33,396 nucleotides of DNA from positions 1 through 33,396 of the IMG/VR virus record IMGVR_UViG_3300005837_000440. One strand, 5' to 3'. Position numbers and translations under genes: made by a program. The stretch's first letter is position 1. Every line of letters begins with the position of its first letter. Shown here piece by piece: positions 8,721 through 18,315 of this stretch. The DNA comes from a virus (lineage: Duplodnaviria; Caudoviricetes). Under the pieces are notes generated by a model, which was given only the letters and a program-made list of their open reading frames with translations, was not told the origin of the DNA and made no database searches.

Positions 8721-8834
8721 TTCTCTTTCTCCATGTGGTGTCGATTATGAGGGGCCGACGACTCCCTCTTGGTACAAGACACTCTATAACCATTTCCGCT
8801 TTTTCGGTTTCCTTCCTGTAAATAGAAAGATAAA
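8721..8834 (-). promoter_or_regulatory. Upstream region of the MCM-like gene: candidate promoter (CCCCTCATAAT) and conserved TTTTTCGGTTT box
   Basis: AT box about 24 nt before the ATG, preceded by CCCC as in the RFC promoter. 8789-8834 is similar to 19378-19421. Confidence 0.5.
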
Positions 8835-9527
8835 TCATTTCTTCTCAACCCTCACTTCGTCTTCACTTGTAAGGACTTCAATGACACGATTCCGTAGTGT
8901 TTTACCCATGCGCGGAACATTTCTCAAACACTCTCCACAAGCGGCTTCTTCTATAGAACCGCATGCGTCTACGATAGCATCGGCCATTTCAGCACCGATA
9001 CCCGGAATTGTAAGCAACATATCCACACGAACATCATTCGTGCTTACACGCTTTACTGCTTGAGCGCCGTGTCTACTCGCTCTTTTGTACGTTTTTTCAT
9101 GTAGCGCGACCATAAAAGCCGCCGCCTCACTTACGTTGGGCGCTCGGTACAACAAGCACCCAAAGTCTGCAACAATACGACCAAGAAAACCTGTCATCTG
9201 TTTCAAAGCCATACTGTGTGTAATAGTGGCCCCTCGCCCTTTAGCGCGAGCCACATAATCATTCAGATTCCCCCAAACAACGAGTCCGAAGTTACCTGCA
9301 TTCGCATCCATATTATCGAGTTGCCTCATCAAATGGCCGTTTCTCATAGACTGCATCAAATCATCAACGCTTTTGGCTTCAATTAACCAATCACCGCAAT
9401 GATAATCACCGTTTACCAAATTCTGCCGTAAAATGTTCACTCTCGGTGAGCGTGAATTAGCGCGTCGTTCAATTGCGTCCGGTAACTGACCTCTTTCGTT
9501 GGTGTCAATAATCAAAGGGTTGCTCAT
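8835..9527 (-). CDS. ERCC4/XPF-family structure-specific endonuclease with HhH
   Basis: IIDTNE, GDY, IEAKSVDDL nuclease motifs; LLTIPGIG and VPRMG HhH pair. Confidence 0.9.
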   Translation of the reverse strand: MSNPLIIDTNERGQLPDAIERRANSRSPRVNILRQNLVNGDYHCGDWLIEAKSVDDLMQSMRNGHLMRQLDNMDANAGNFGLVVWGNLNDYVARAKGRGATITHSMALKQMTGFLGRIVADFGCLLYRAPNVSEAAAFMVALHEKTYKRASRHGAQAVKRVSTNDVRVDMLLTIPGIGAEMADAIVDACGSIEEAACGECLRNVPRMGKTLRNRVIEVLTSEDEVRVEKK

Positions 9528-9754
9528 TCGTTTTCCTCCTTCGGTTTATGATTGAAGCAATAGTCGTCTGATGTTACTTGACGACAAGGTTTACCGCTTG
9601 ATGTCGTACCTTTGCAAAAGTATTTTTCTGGTAGCGCGTCTGTGTTTTGTTTACAAAGACTGCACAACTGTGTTTTGATTTTGCGTCGATTTCTTCGGCT
9701 TGTTGCTTTTCCACACAATTCACAGAAGTTTCCATTTATTGTATGCTTAACCAT
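9524..9754 (-). CDS. Cys-rich Zn-finger protein
   Basis: CELC..CSLC and CKG...GKPC...YCFNH; likely start MVKH at 9754. Confidence 0.65.
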   Translation of the reverse strand: MVKHTINGNFCELCGKATSRRNRRKIKTQLCSLCKQNTDALPEKYFCKGTTSSGKPCRQVTSDDYCFNHKPKEENE

Positions 9755-9872
9755 CAAATGCCACCTTGTAGATGTAATGCAACGGTATGAGGAACAGCAA
9801 CAATATGGGTAGAACGATAATGGAGATGATAGCAACGATAACTTCCGTCCATCTAACCACCTTCTTCCCCAT
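9747..9872 (-). CDS. Small membrane protein
   Basis: MGKKVVRWTEVIVAIISIIVLPILLLFLIPL...; overlaps its neighbours in operon fashion. Confidence 0.55.
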   Translation of the reverse strand: MGKKVVRWTEVIVAIISIIVLPILLLFLIPLHYIYKVAFDG

Positions 9873-10941
9873 CGTGTTCACCTGTTCCATCCCATAACTG
9901 ACACTTACCAATGCACAAGCCTTTACCAATCAAACTTGCGCATGATTCTTGATAACCACCCTCAACTATGGAGTCGGTATGATAGCGCGTTCTGTTTTCA
10001 TCGTAGTCCGCCCATTGCAAACTCTCGATAAATTCAGTAATGGTAAGTGTATGCTTACTTCGCATTTGTGTTGTGGTTTTCTCAATCGGTAGAAAGTTTC
10101 TCAGCCTCGCGGCAAGATACATTACAAGACTTGCGCGACTTACATGTGGAGGGTTGCTTCCAACTTGACAAGCGGCTTCAACCAAGCATGGTAGTATCTT
10201 GATTTTACCCATGTTCACCGTATCGAACTGAACAGGTTCACCATCGACAACTCGGAAGTTGCTCTTCTTCACTTCTTCAAGAGGTAGCGACATACCATGC
10301 GTACCGTAATAGAAAGAGGTGTTGTTTGGCTTCTGTGCCATTTCGCAAATCTCATCCCAACTCAAACTCAAGAGTTCTGTTGTCATTGGTATGCTCCATC
10401 TTAAGACATGCTCCTTTGCGTTGTACGAATTAGGTATTCGTATCATTCGCGCTAAATCAAAAGGTACTGCGGGGTCCATGCAGTACAGACCCATTGATTC
10501 TTTCAAGCCATTGATAACCTTTCGACCCGCCGCTTTAATGTGTGATACATCTCTTCCACAGGAGGGTAGATGCGTTCTATCAAGCGCTATCCAAATGTGA
10601 AAACCGTTTCCGCTAAACCAAACAGCATGTGATATGTCCTGTTCTAACAGAAAAAGATGAAGACGCTCTACTTGTTCTACAACCTCATCACCTTCAACCT
10701 CGACCATCTCACTCCCCTTCCGATACTTCTTATCGAAGTCCAAAACGAAGTTGCGAACGATGGCGGTATTGTATTCCGCGCGAGTTCCTTTTGGTTTTAA
10801 TGCTCGGAATGAATACACAGACATGTAAGCGCATTGACTGTTTCTCAATGTCGCCCAATACTTCTCAAACTCACCTTGATTGTGTACAACCTTACGAAAC
10901 AATCCAACCTCTTTGGGATAACCCAACTTAAGCGGTTTCAT
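9853..10941 (-). CDS. Archaeo-eukaryotic primase: PriS catalytic domain fused to PriL-like Cys4 C-terminal domain
   Basis: LDFD (motif I), FSGNGFHIW (motif II), DLARMIRIPNS (motif III); C-terminal LPC..H..R...SC..L...GLC...C. Confidence 0.85.
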   Translation of the reverse strand: MKPLKLGYPKEVGLFRKVVHNQGEFEKYWATLRNSQCAYMSVYSFRALKPKGTRAEYNTAIVRNFVLDFDKKYRKGSEMVEVEGDEVVEQVERLHLFLLEQDISHAVWFSGNGFHIWIALDRTHLPSCGRDVSHIKAAGRKVINGLKESMGLYCMDPAVPFDLARMIRIPNSYNAKEHVLRWSIPMTTELLSLSWDEICEMAQKPNNTSFYYGTHGMSLPLEEVKKSNFRVVDGEPVQFDTVNMGKIKILPCLVEAACQVGSNPPHVSRASLVMYLAARLRNFLPIEKTTTQMRSKHTLTITEFIESLQWADYDENRTRYHTDSIVEGGYQESCASLIGKGLCIGKCQLWDGTGEHDGEEGG

Positions 10942-11857
10942 TTGAACCACCCATAGGTATCGCATACTTCGGGCATAGTTCAATCACTTGACACCATCCA
11001 CACTTGAAGTCTTGGTCTGTTGTAGGAAAGTGTTCATCAAGATACATCTTGATAAGGTCGCGCATCAGTTTCATCATGCTTCGTTCGCTCACGGTTTTCA
11101 CCTTTTCAATCGTCCAATGGTCGGCGGCTGAATAGCGCCATCCCCAATGTGTAACGGGTCTGTCGATGTTGTTTTCTTTGAGGAATTCGCTATCGCTGTT
11201 GTCGATGAGGAATTTGTAATACGCCATTTCTTTGCGCATGTTGGACATTTTGTTATCCTTCCACTTACCGGTTTTCAATTCAAACAACAGAAGGCCACCA
11301 TCGTCCGCTTCAAACACACGGTCAATGATTCCGACAAACTGCACAGGTATTGTGCCATAGCCGGGTACTTCTACTTCGCGCTTAACTTCGATACGAACCT
11401 CATTGGCTAATGGTTGCGCTGTTTCACTTATACTCATACGCGCTGATTCATATTTCATCAACCAATCCATGTTTCTTTCGTAGTCCTCGTCATAGAATGG
11501 AAATTCCTTGTTCTCCTTTCGTCGGTTGTTTACAATCTCAGTCGGTGTTGGGATGTAACGTTTCAACGACTTAGAGATGTCGATACCTTTCTGTGCGGCG
11601 ATATGCAATGTATGTAAATCTCCACTATCACGCAGTTTGTCATAGAACATCTCCAACCCATTGTGGATGTCATCACCAACAACAAGGTGTTTCACCAATT
11701 CCTGTTTGCGCGGATAATTCTGTTCAATCCACATCTGTTGTGCGCACCATAGTGGCGAAGTAAGTGTGGACTTACTCATGCGAATAACCACACCTTCCTC
11801 TCCCATTTCTGTCGTCCATGCATAACTTGAGCCATCTTCGTAAATCTTTACCATCAT
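10928..11857 (-). CDS. Cas4-like/RecB-family PD-(D/E)xK exonuclease
   Basis: N-terminal Cys, G..IH, GIIDRV, FELKTG, EMAYY and C-terminal CGWC.....C. Confidence 0.85.
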   Translation of the reverse strand: MMVKIYEDGSSYAWTTEMGEEGVVIRMSKSTLTSPLWCAQQMWIEQNYPRKQELVKHLVVGDDIHNGLEMFYDKLRDSGDLHTLHIAAQKGIDISKSLKRYIPTPTEIVNNRRKENKEFPFYDEDYERNMDWLMKYESARMSISETAQPLANEVRIEVKREVEVPGYGTIPVQFVGIIDRVFEADDGGLLLFELKTGKWKDNKMSNMRKEMAYYKFLIDNSDSEFLKENNIDRPVTHWGWRYSAADHWTIEKVKTVSERSMMKLMRDLIKMYLDEHFPTTDQDFKCGWCQVIELCPKYAIPMGGSNETA

Positions 11858-12000
11858 TCTTCCTCCGCTAAAATCTCAAGGCAATGCTCGCAGGGTGCAT
11901 TGAGTTCGGGGTCTGTACTTAGACGCACATCGCATCGAGGACAGTAGCAATCGCAACCATCCGATTCAACGTGTCCGCAAATCAACTTTGCATCAAGCAT
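11854..12000 (-). CDS. Small Cys-rich protein (48 aa), not in ORF track
   Basis: MLDAKLICGH...CDCYCPRC...CEHC; start and stop are coupled to both neighbours. Confidence 0.55.
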   Translation of the reverse strand: MLDAKLICGHVESDGCDCYCPRCDVRLSTDPELNAPCEHCLEILAEEE

Positions 12001-12233
12001 CACTTCATTCCCACCATTGTCGGAGCGTCAATCTTGTTGATAAGGTAAAGGTCGGGCATCTTTCGCTGTAGTTCTTCTTGTAGTTCACATACTGCTCGCG
12101 CTAATTTTGTAGCGTTGTGAAGGTCTTCCTCAAGAGCATCAATGCGCGCACTTGCTTCCGCATCGAGGTCTTTCAACTTCTTTTGTAGTTCGTCTATTCG
12201 GGCTTCTAATTGTTTTACTTTTTCGTTTGTCAT
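12000..12233 (-). CDS. Coiled-coil protein
   Basis: Heptad LEARIDEL...ARIDALEEDL. Confidence 0.7.
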   Translation of the reverse strand: MTNEKVKQLEARIDELQKKLKDLDAEASARIDALEEDLHNATKLARAVCELQEELQRKMPDLYLINKIDAPTMVGMK

Positions 12234-12237
12234 GGTA

Positions 12238-14622
12238 TCACCAATATACTGCGGGTCGGGGTTCTCCTGTTGCCGCGCCCAAATCCCAACCCAAGATTTC
12301 GTACACGTTTTTCAGTTTGTTCACGATTGCCTTTTGGAGAATCTTTGTGGCATCGAGATTAAATCCTTCCATCTCCTTTTCATCGCGGTACGCTACAACA
12401 TCAGTTGATGGCATACCTGCCGGAACGGAATTCACATACACCCACTTAACAGAATCACCTGCTTCAAATGGGTCGTCATCAACCATCACGGAATTGTAAT
12501 AGTTGGCGGCTCTACTCGCAATTGTACCAAAGCGCATTGTACCGTTTACCATCTTTGCAACCGGCGCGCTCCCTATTCTTGTTTGCTGTGTCACTTCTTT
12601 GAGGACAACATCACCTTTTCGTACAGGGAGCGACAACTTCAACAATTCATCACGGACTTCGGCTTCATTCTTACCTTGACATATCATCGTCAAAGCAACA
12701 CGTTCAGCCTTTTTGGTAATCGGTGCTGTATTGCTACCTTTGAGGAAGTTCGCGGTCTTCATCTTCCCCTCGTCTTCGGGAGGGTAATTGACAATACCCG
12801 CGTACTTGTTTTTACCTGCCAACAACCAATAGTCATGGTACGCTTCAAGTTCAGCAAATAACTGCTTGTTGCCCGTAGCCGTCTGTATAGAATCAGTTAC
12901 GCGCTTCGCTAATGTTTCAGCCTCATCGAATGGTACTTGAATAAATGCGCTGTCCGTAAATCCATACAGTACATTGTATCCGAGTCTTGTTGCTGTGCTA
13001 TCAAGCAATCGAATGCAACGACGTCCTTCGGAAAGAATGGTTGTTGCAATGTCTACATCAGCCCATCCGTATCCAAGATGCGCGGTCATACCGTATAGGC
13101 TCGCCATGACGCGCTTTACTGCTGATTGTGTAGTGTCCCACGCGGCTCGTTCCTCTTTGGTTTTAGCGTTGCGCATGTTTTCTTTGCATGTTGCTCGGAA
13201 GTCGAAGAGGTAATCAACAACTTGTGGGAGAATACCCTTTGCTGATTGGTCCCAATACGAACCATTCTCAAGTTGAATGATACCTTCACCCGGACCATCT
13301 CGCTTTGTTGTGTAGCAAAGATTGAATCCTGTGATGAGTGATGGGTACAGTCCTTTGTAATCAATAACCGCTACACCCTCGTACAATCCGTCATCCGTGA
13401 TAATGAATTCAGCGCCTTTCAAATCAACCTTCTCACCTTTGTATCGAGAAGGTGCGATAAGATGTGTTCGACGTTGAATTAAGCCACGCGCAAAGTTTGT
13501 TACGTTGGTTGCTGATTGAATGGATACACCACACAATCGAACCATCTCAACAAAGAAGTCTGTGACGTTTCGCGCTTCATCAATACCACGAAGAAGAACG
13601 GTGTCGAGTAAACAGTAATCAACAAACTCTTCCCAATACTTGTACCATCCATTGTGGACGTCCATGCCCTCAATTTCTTCTGTGAGTTTTGAACCGAGTC
13701 CTAACTCTTCCGCGATAGTATTCAACTTGAGATTCGGTAGTTGTCCACCACCACTATCTTTCCAAACGCGTTCAAACCCTGTACCACTTCCCGCAGGTGC
13801 GGCAGTATCAAATTGCCATCGACCTGCGATTGGTTGGTCATCATGTCTGTAGCGCTCACCTTTCTTTGGACGTCGAATAACACCCAAAGGGCTTAACTTC
13901 GATGAGCCACCGTAACCGTAAATCTTGTCGAGGCGTTCAATCATGTGAGGTATGTCGAAGAATGTTCCCGCGTGAGCAATCATCATGTCAGGGTTGCGTT
14001 CGTTGAGAAAAGCAATGAAAGTATGATAGAGGCTTTCTTCAGAATTGAAGATATGAATATCAAAAGTAGTATCGCGAACGGTTCTATCCAAAACGCTATA
14101 CCCGCCTGTTAGATTATCAAGTTTGTCAAGATAGGGGCAGTTTGTTCTTTCATCAGCCCATGCGAAAACAACGGGTTTGTCAAGGTCGGAGTCGATGACA
14201 GCGATGACAGTTGTAAAGTTGTCGTCACCTGTGTTGCATTCAATGTCATACCACCATTTGCGCGGTTTCCATTTTGGCATTGCTGTGCATTCATTGATGA
14301 GATATTGGTCGATGAACGACATGTCACCCTCGTAGGTCTTTGGGAACATTTGACTCATCCGATATATGTCGAATGGATTGTGTGTTTCAACTCTATAGAG
14401 AAGTCCTCCATCAAGCGCTTCGTAGGTTTTGTCTTTGCACACCTTTGCTTTTGGATACGCTCGCTTCAATTGACTTATTGCAAAATTCGATGTCGAAGCG
14501 GGTATGTACATGTGAGGCTTGAAATCGTCCACCTGTTGCTCAACAAGTTTACCATCCTCATTTCTCCAACGTAGGTAGATTGTTGGTGCTTTGTCGTTGT
14601 GATAAATAGCATCAGCAATCAT
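12238..14622 (-). CDS. polB: Family B DNA polymerase with 3'-5' exonuclease
   Basis: YDIEC, FFDIP, YCLLD (exo); DYKGLYPS, KRVMASLYG, YGFTDS, KNKYAG (pol). Confidence 0.95.
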   Translation of the reverse strand: MIADAIYHNDKAPTIYLRWRNEDGKLVEQQVDDFKPHMYIPASTSNFAISQLKRAYPKAKVCKDKTYEALDGGLLYRVETHNPFDIYRMSQMFPKTYEGDMSFIDQYLINECTAMPKWKPRKWWYDIECNTGDDNFTTVIAVIDSDLDKPVVFAWADERTNCPYLDKLDNLTGGYSVLDRTVRDTTFDIHIFNSEESLYHTFIAFLNERNPDMMIAHAGTFFDIPHMIERLDKIYGYGGSSKLSPLGVIRRPKKGERYRHDDQPIAGRWQFDTAAPAGSGTGFERVWKDSGGGQLPNLKLNTIAEELGLGSKLTEEIEGMDVHNGWYKYWEEFVDYCLLDTVLLRGIDEARNVTDFFVEMVRLCGVSIQSATNVTNFARGLIQRRTHLIAPSRYKGEKVDLKGAEFIITDDGLYEGVAVIDYKGLYPSLITGFNLCYTTKRDGPGEGIIQLENGSYWDQSAKGILPQVVDYLFDFRATCKENMRNAKTKEERAAWDTTQSAVKRVMASLYGMTAHLGYGWADVDIATTILSEGRRCIRLLDSTATRLGYNVLYGFTDSAFIQVPFDEAETLAKRVTDSIQTATGNKQLFAELEAYHDYWLLAGKNKYAGIVNYPPEDEGKMKTANFLKGSNTAPITKKAERVALTMICQGKNEAEVRDELLKLSLPVRKGDVVLKEVTQQTRIGSAPVAKMVNGTMRFGTIASRAANYYNSVMVDDDPFEAGDSVKWVYVNSVPAGMPSTDVVAYRDEKEMEGFNLDATKILQKAIVNKLKNVYEILGWDLGAATGEPRPAVYW

Positions 14623-15392
14623 CAACTAACCCCCTGTTGGTGCTTGAGAACAAGCAGGTCATCATGCTCATGGTGCTGTAGTACGAGTGCCGCATTAGCG
14701 CCCATATGAAAATCAACCATACCATCGCTCATGCAAGCAAGCGTCTGCGGTAGATGAGAACCAAAGTGTGTTACTGATTCCTCCTTACCCGACACGTCAT
14801 TCAACTTGACGATACGGTTCACGTTCGCACCACCTACAACTTGACCTACTGTAACGACAAGTTCCTTATCCGTAGGGCATATCTTAACACGGCATGGTGC
14901 ATCCTTACCCGCAATCTTGACGGCTGTTGATAGTCCACGAATATCCTTCATGTTCAAATGTCCGTGAATATCCAACAGCGCCGGTCCAATCTTTGTAAAG
15001 TTCGCATCAACCATTGTCTTGATTGCAAAGTTAGCGCGCTCCAAACTTGCGGCTGAACGTATATGTGTGTGGCTCGGTAGGGTCAAAGAGTCCTTCTCTA
15101 ATTTCAAATTAAGAGAGCCGTCCCATTGGTTCACTATACATAAGTCTTGCGAAGATGCTTTAAGGAACGTTATAACCTTAGCAACGTCGCTGATGTATAT
15201 TTTACCGGGTCTGTACTTGATGTCAGCACTCAACATCACACTCATGCTCTTTGAGCAATAGTGCGTTGTAGTATCTACTGCACCATAGACGCGGTTGTCT
15301 TTTACATTCAACATGAGGTCTTCGATGTTGTTACCGAATCCGTCGATGAATGCTAAGAATTTCTTTCTGTCCACAATTACTTGTGCGGCCAT
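14622..15392 (-). CDS. PCNA-like sliding clamp (divergent)
   Basis: 256 aa with a two-domain beta-alpha-beta pattern; sits directly upstream of PolB in a module that also has RFC. No diagnostic motif. Confidence 0.55.
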   Translation of the reverse strand: MAAQVIVDRKKFLAFIDGFGNNIEDLMLNVKDNRVYGAVDTTTHYCSKSMSVMLSADIKYRPGKIYISDVAKVITFLKASSQDLCIVNQWDGSLNLKLEKDSLTLPSHTHIRSAASLERANFAIKTMVDANFTKIGPALLDIHGHLNMKDIRGLSTAVKIAGKDAPCRVKICPTDKELVVTVGQVVGGANVNRIVKLNDVSGKEESVTHFGSHLPQTLACMSDGMVDFHMGANAALVLQHHEHDDLLVLKHQQGVS

Positions 15393-15607
15393 TCAATAGC
15401 CTCCCCTGTAAGAGTGATATGCTTTGCGTGACATTTCTCGCAAAGTGGTCGTTGTTCGTGCCACCCATTGTAATTTACATCAAGCCATTTCAAGGATTGT
15501 TGCAACATGTCCATAGACGGTGTGTACTGTAGTTTGTCGCCGCATAGGTACAAGTGCGCGTTATCGGCTCGTATGTGTATCGGGTAATTTTTCGGTTTAT
15601 ATATCAT
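15377..15607 (-). CDS. Hypothetical protein with H/C Zn-binding residues
   Basis: HLYLCG...LCEKCH; probable start MIYKPK. Confidence 0.55.
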   Translation of the reverse strand: MIYKPKNYPIHIRADNAHLYLCGDKLQYTPSMDMLQQSLKWLDVNYNGWHEQRPLCEKCHAKHITLTGEAIEWPHK

Positions 15608-16007
15608 TTTCTTCACCTTCGTTCTTCGGGGCTTCCATTGGCACATATCTTAAACAGACGCAAGCGTAATGTGAGATAACCTTCTCACCGTCCGCCAAAT
15701 GAATCTCTTCAACTTCACCTGTACCACCACAGGCTCGACACTTCGGGTCGGCCTTAATGGTCATACGTTCAGCGAATATGCATTGGCATGGTTCGTTGTC
15801 AAAATCAACATCAACGCACTCACCTTCATGGTTCATAATGGCTCGTTGCGTCCATATCATACCCTCGCCACCACAGACCATGCATGCAGGGTCCGCTTCG
15901 TAGGAAGGGTATTTGTCGATGAGCGTGTCATGACTTCTTGGTCGCGCTTCGTTGTGTGCTTTTTCACCCGTTCTTGGAAAATCATTGTGTTCGTTTGTAT
16001 CCTTCAT
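15597..16007 (-). CDS. Protein with two CxxCxGxG...CxC Zn-finger repeats
   Basis: ADPACMVCGGEG..PCQC and ADPKCRACGGTG..ACVC. Confidence 0.7.
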   Translation of the reverse strand: MKDTNEHNDFPRTGEKAHNEARPRSHDTLIDKYPSYEADPACMVCGGEGMIWTQRAIMNHEGECVDVDFDNEPCQCIFAERMTIKADPKCRACGGTGEVEEIHLADGEKVISHYACVCLRYVPMEAPKNEGEENDI

Positions 16008-16987
16008 ATTCCGTCCTCTCGTAGTTCCGGAAGTCCAAACCATTCCGGTGCTTCTTCTTTCTTGGTCTTCATGATAATCCTTCGTTGGTCAAGAAGTTGA
16101 GGATTGGTTCGGCATTTAACGAATTCAACCTCGTAGTTCATTTGTCCTGTAGGAGCGCCGTTCTCATCTCGCACTTTGGTCTTGTGGAAGTAGATGATTT
16201 GATTCATGTGGTTAGCGGTTTGCTTCTCCCATGCAGGTTTCTTACCGATGATTGCACCGGTCTTATCCTGTAGTTCCTTGAAGTGTGTTTCCCAATAGAC
16301 GCGGACACCTAATCCCATCAACACTTTGCTGATTGCTGTCAATTGATGAAATCGAGTTGTGCGAATTTGCCAATTGAATCGCATACCAACTTGTTCATGA
16401 GGCTTTACCTTAGCACCAATACCGTCCGGCGCGGTTCCCAAATCTTCAATGAACATACAGTTCTTACAAACTTCATCCCATTGGTCCAAACCCGTTACTA
16501 ACAACGAATTCAGTTTTGGTTTGTTGCCCGGATTTCTCGCCCACTCAACAAGTGTTCTACCGATGTTCATGACTCTCGCATGTGTTGCGGGATAGTCGAA
16601 GGCATCTCTTGTATCACTTTGCATGACCCACGGTGACAGCACTCGGATGTTTCTTGAATGCGCGCGGTGGTGAGATGTGCGGATGGTTTGTCCGCCACCA
16701 TCAAAGTCGAGAACGAAGATGACTTCGCCGTCCTTGATTTCTTCATCTGTTAGACTGTCGAGAACGATACCCGTCTTACCTGCACCTTCTGCTCCAACCA
16801 ATGCGCATAGCGTTTGATTGTCCGGTAGGATGTCAGCCGACTCTTGAATCTCATCCCAAATGGATGCTCCAATTGGCGCTCCTGTCTTTTGTTCTTCTTC
16901 CAAAGATACCGGAGGAAACGTTGTTGCTTCGTCCAATGTCTTTGTTTCTTGTTCTGCTTGCTCTTGTAAATCCTTTAGATTTGCCAT
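16004..16987 (-). CDS. P-loop ATPase, RecA/Sak4 (AAA_24)-like recombination protein
   Basis: GAEGAGKT, VLDFDGG, WETH, KCR; lies next to the putative SSB. Confidence 0.7.
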   Translation of the reverse strand: MANLKDLQEQAEQETKTLDEATTFPPVSLEEEQKTGAPIGASIWDEIQESADILPDNQTLCALVGAEGAGKTGIVLDSLTDEEIKDGEVIFVLDFDGGGQTIRTSHHRAHSRNIRVLSPWVMQSDTRDAFDYPATHARVMNIGRTLVEWARNPGNKPKLNSLLVTGLDQWDEVCKNCMFIEDLGTAPDGIGAKVKPHEQVGMRFNWQIRTTRFHQLTAISKVLMGLGVRVYWETHFKELQDKTGAIIGKKPAWEKQTANHMNQIIYFHKTKVRDENGAPTGQMNYEVEFVKCRTNPQLLDQRRIIMKTKKEEAPEWFGLPELREDGI

Positions 16988-16992
16988 TCCTT

Positions 16993-18315
16993 TCACTCTC
17001 CATCTCCTTCAAATTGGTTGGAGTTGGTGTTACCACCCTCACCTGCGGGAATTGCATAGCGAGGTACTGCATGAATACCAACTGCGCTGATTTTAGGAGT
17101 GTCACCATCTTCTCTCTTGGTAAGACCGAGCCGACCATAGATGAAGACTGTGGATTTTACTGCGTATGGTTTCCAACCTTCTTCGGTTGCATACTCAAAC
17201 ACATGTCCGTTGTCGCCTAAGAAACCGTGAATGCTGATTCCAACATCACGTCGGTTGTCATCGCCAAATGTTCGCATCAAATCAAAGGAAGTGACGCGCA
17301 TGAAATATGTGTAACCACTTGGGTCATACTCATAGTCGCTCGGTTCTAAACGAAGGTCGCTAACTCGCGCCTTGATGAGTACCATAGGTCCAACAGGGTT
17401 CGGAATACCCGCAATCATTTCGCTCTTCGTTTCAAAGATTTCAGTCAATGTAGACAAGTCCTTGACGAAAGTTGTTGAGGTTGGTAGAAGGCGTTCCGGC
17501 TTAACTGCATCAGCGTACTGCTCTTCAACAATACCACCGTATGTGATAGCCGATGGGAACGGTAGTGTGTTCCACACGTCTTCCCATCCTTTGCTGACAT
17601 TCTTTCGCTCTCGGACACTCACAGTACATTCCGAAAACATCTGAGGTACATGCCACTCATTCGGGTCTTTGGATGTTACAGTAAGGCGCAAGTGGCTTTG
17701 TGCGTCCATGAAATTCTCCTTCTCGTTTCCGTAGAAATGGTAAGTGCGTTGCCATCGGTAAGGTGTGATAGGTTCACCGAAGCGACCCCAATCCGGATTG
17801 TTTTGTAGAATGGCGACTGATAGACCATGCTCTTCAAACAAGAACCACGGCTTTTCATCCGCGCTTTCTTCTGTTTTCTTGACACCATCTTTACCTTCAA
17901 GCATCCATACACCGTCTTGAGTAAAAGCGCGAGCAACAAGACCATTCTCAATTGCTTCACTCATATCATTAAGTGCGGCTGATACAGCCGGCGCTCTCTT
18001 TCGTTCTTGTGCATCTCGCACCTTGCTGTCGATACCAATAAAGTACCCTACAAGTTTAACTGCGTTCGACGCTGATGTGTTCGACATCACTCTTCGTTCT
18101 ACGATGAAGGATTCGGCGGCTTCGATTAGGAAGTCGTCATCTTCTTCACTTGGGTTACTAATTCCGAGGTCGGACGCAAGGTATTCTTCAAATGCGTCAT
18201 AAGATTCGGTCACCGTCTTGCTGTGCTTTTCAGCCCACCATTTCAATCGCTCTTCCACCTCCGAGTGAAAGGTTTGTTCGTTGTTGCTTGCTTCGTTTTG
18301 TTCGTTTAGGTTCAT
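16993..18315 (-). CDS. Putative ssDNA-binding/RPA-like protein
   Basis: Acidic 440-aa protein with aromatic beta-rich segments and an acidic tail, between RFC and the recombinase. Function is inferred from context only. Confidence 0.4.
   Translation of the reverse strand: MNLNEQNEASNNEQTFHSEVEERLKWWAEKHSKTVTESYDAFEEYLASDLGISNPSEEDDDFLIEAAESFIVERRVMSNTSASNAVKLVGYFIGIDSKVRDAQERKRAPAVSAALNDMSEAIENGLVARAFTQDGVWMLEGKDGVKKTEESADEKPWFLFEEHGLSVAILQNNPDWGRFGEPITPYRWQRTYHFYGNEKENFMDAQSHLRLTVTSKDPNEWHVPQMFSECTVSVRERKNVSKGWEDVWNTLPFPSAITYGGIVEEQYADAVKPERLLPTSTTFVKDLSTLTEIFETKSEMIAGIPNPVGPMVLIKARVSDLRLEPSDYEYDPSGYTYFMRVTSFDLMRTFGDDNRRDVGISIHGFLGDNGHVFEYATEEGWKPYAVKSTVFIYGRLGLTKREDGDTPKISAVGIHAVPRYAIPAGEGGNTNSNQFEGDGE

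Noticed and set aside
10928-14622. Cas4-like nuclease next to PolB suggesting a casposon or CRISPR locus
   Set aside because: No Cas1, no CRISPR array and no terminal repeats; solo Cas4-like nucleases are common in archaeal virus replication modules.
12238-14622. Intein or intron in PolB or the helicases
   Set aside because: Lengths are compact and motifs contiguous; no intein splice-junction signatures seen.
15597-16007. DnaJ co-chaperone
   Set aside because: Only CxxCxGxG fingers; no J-domain HPD motif.
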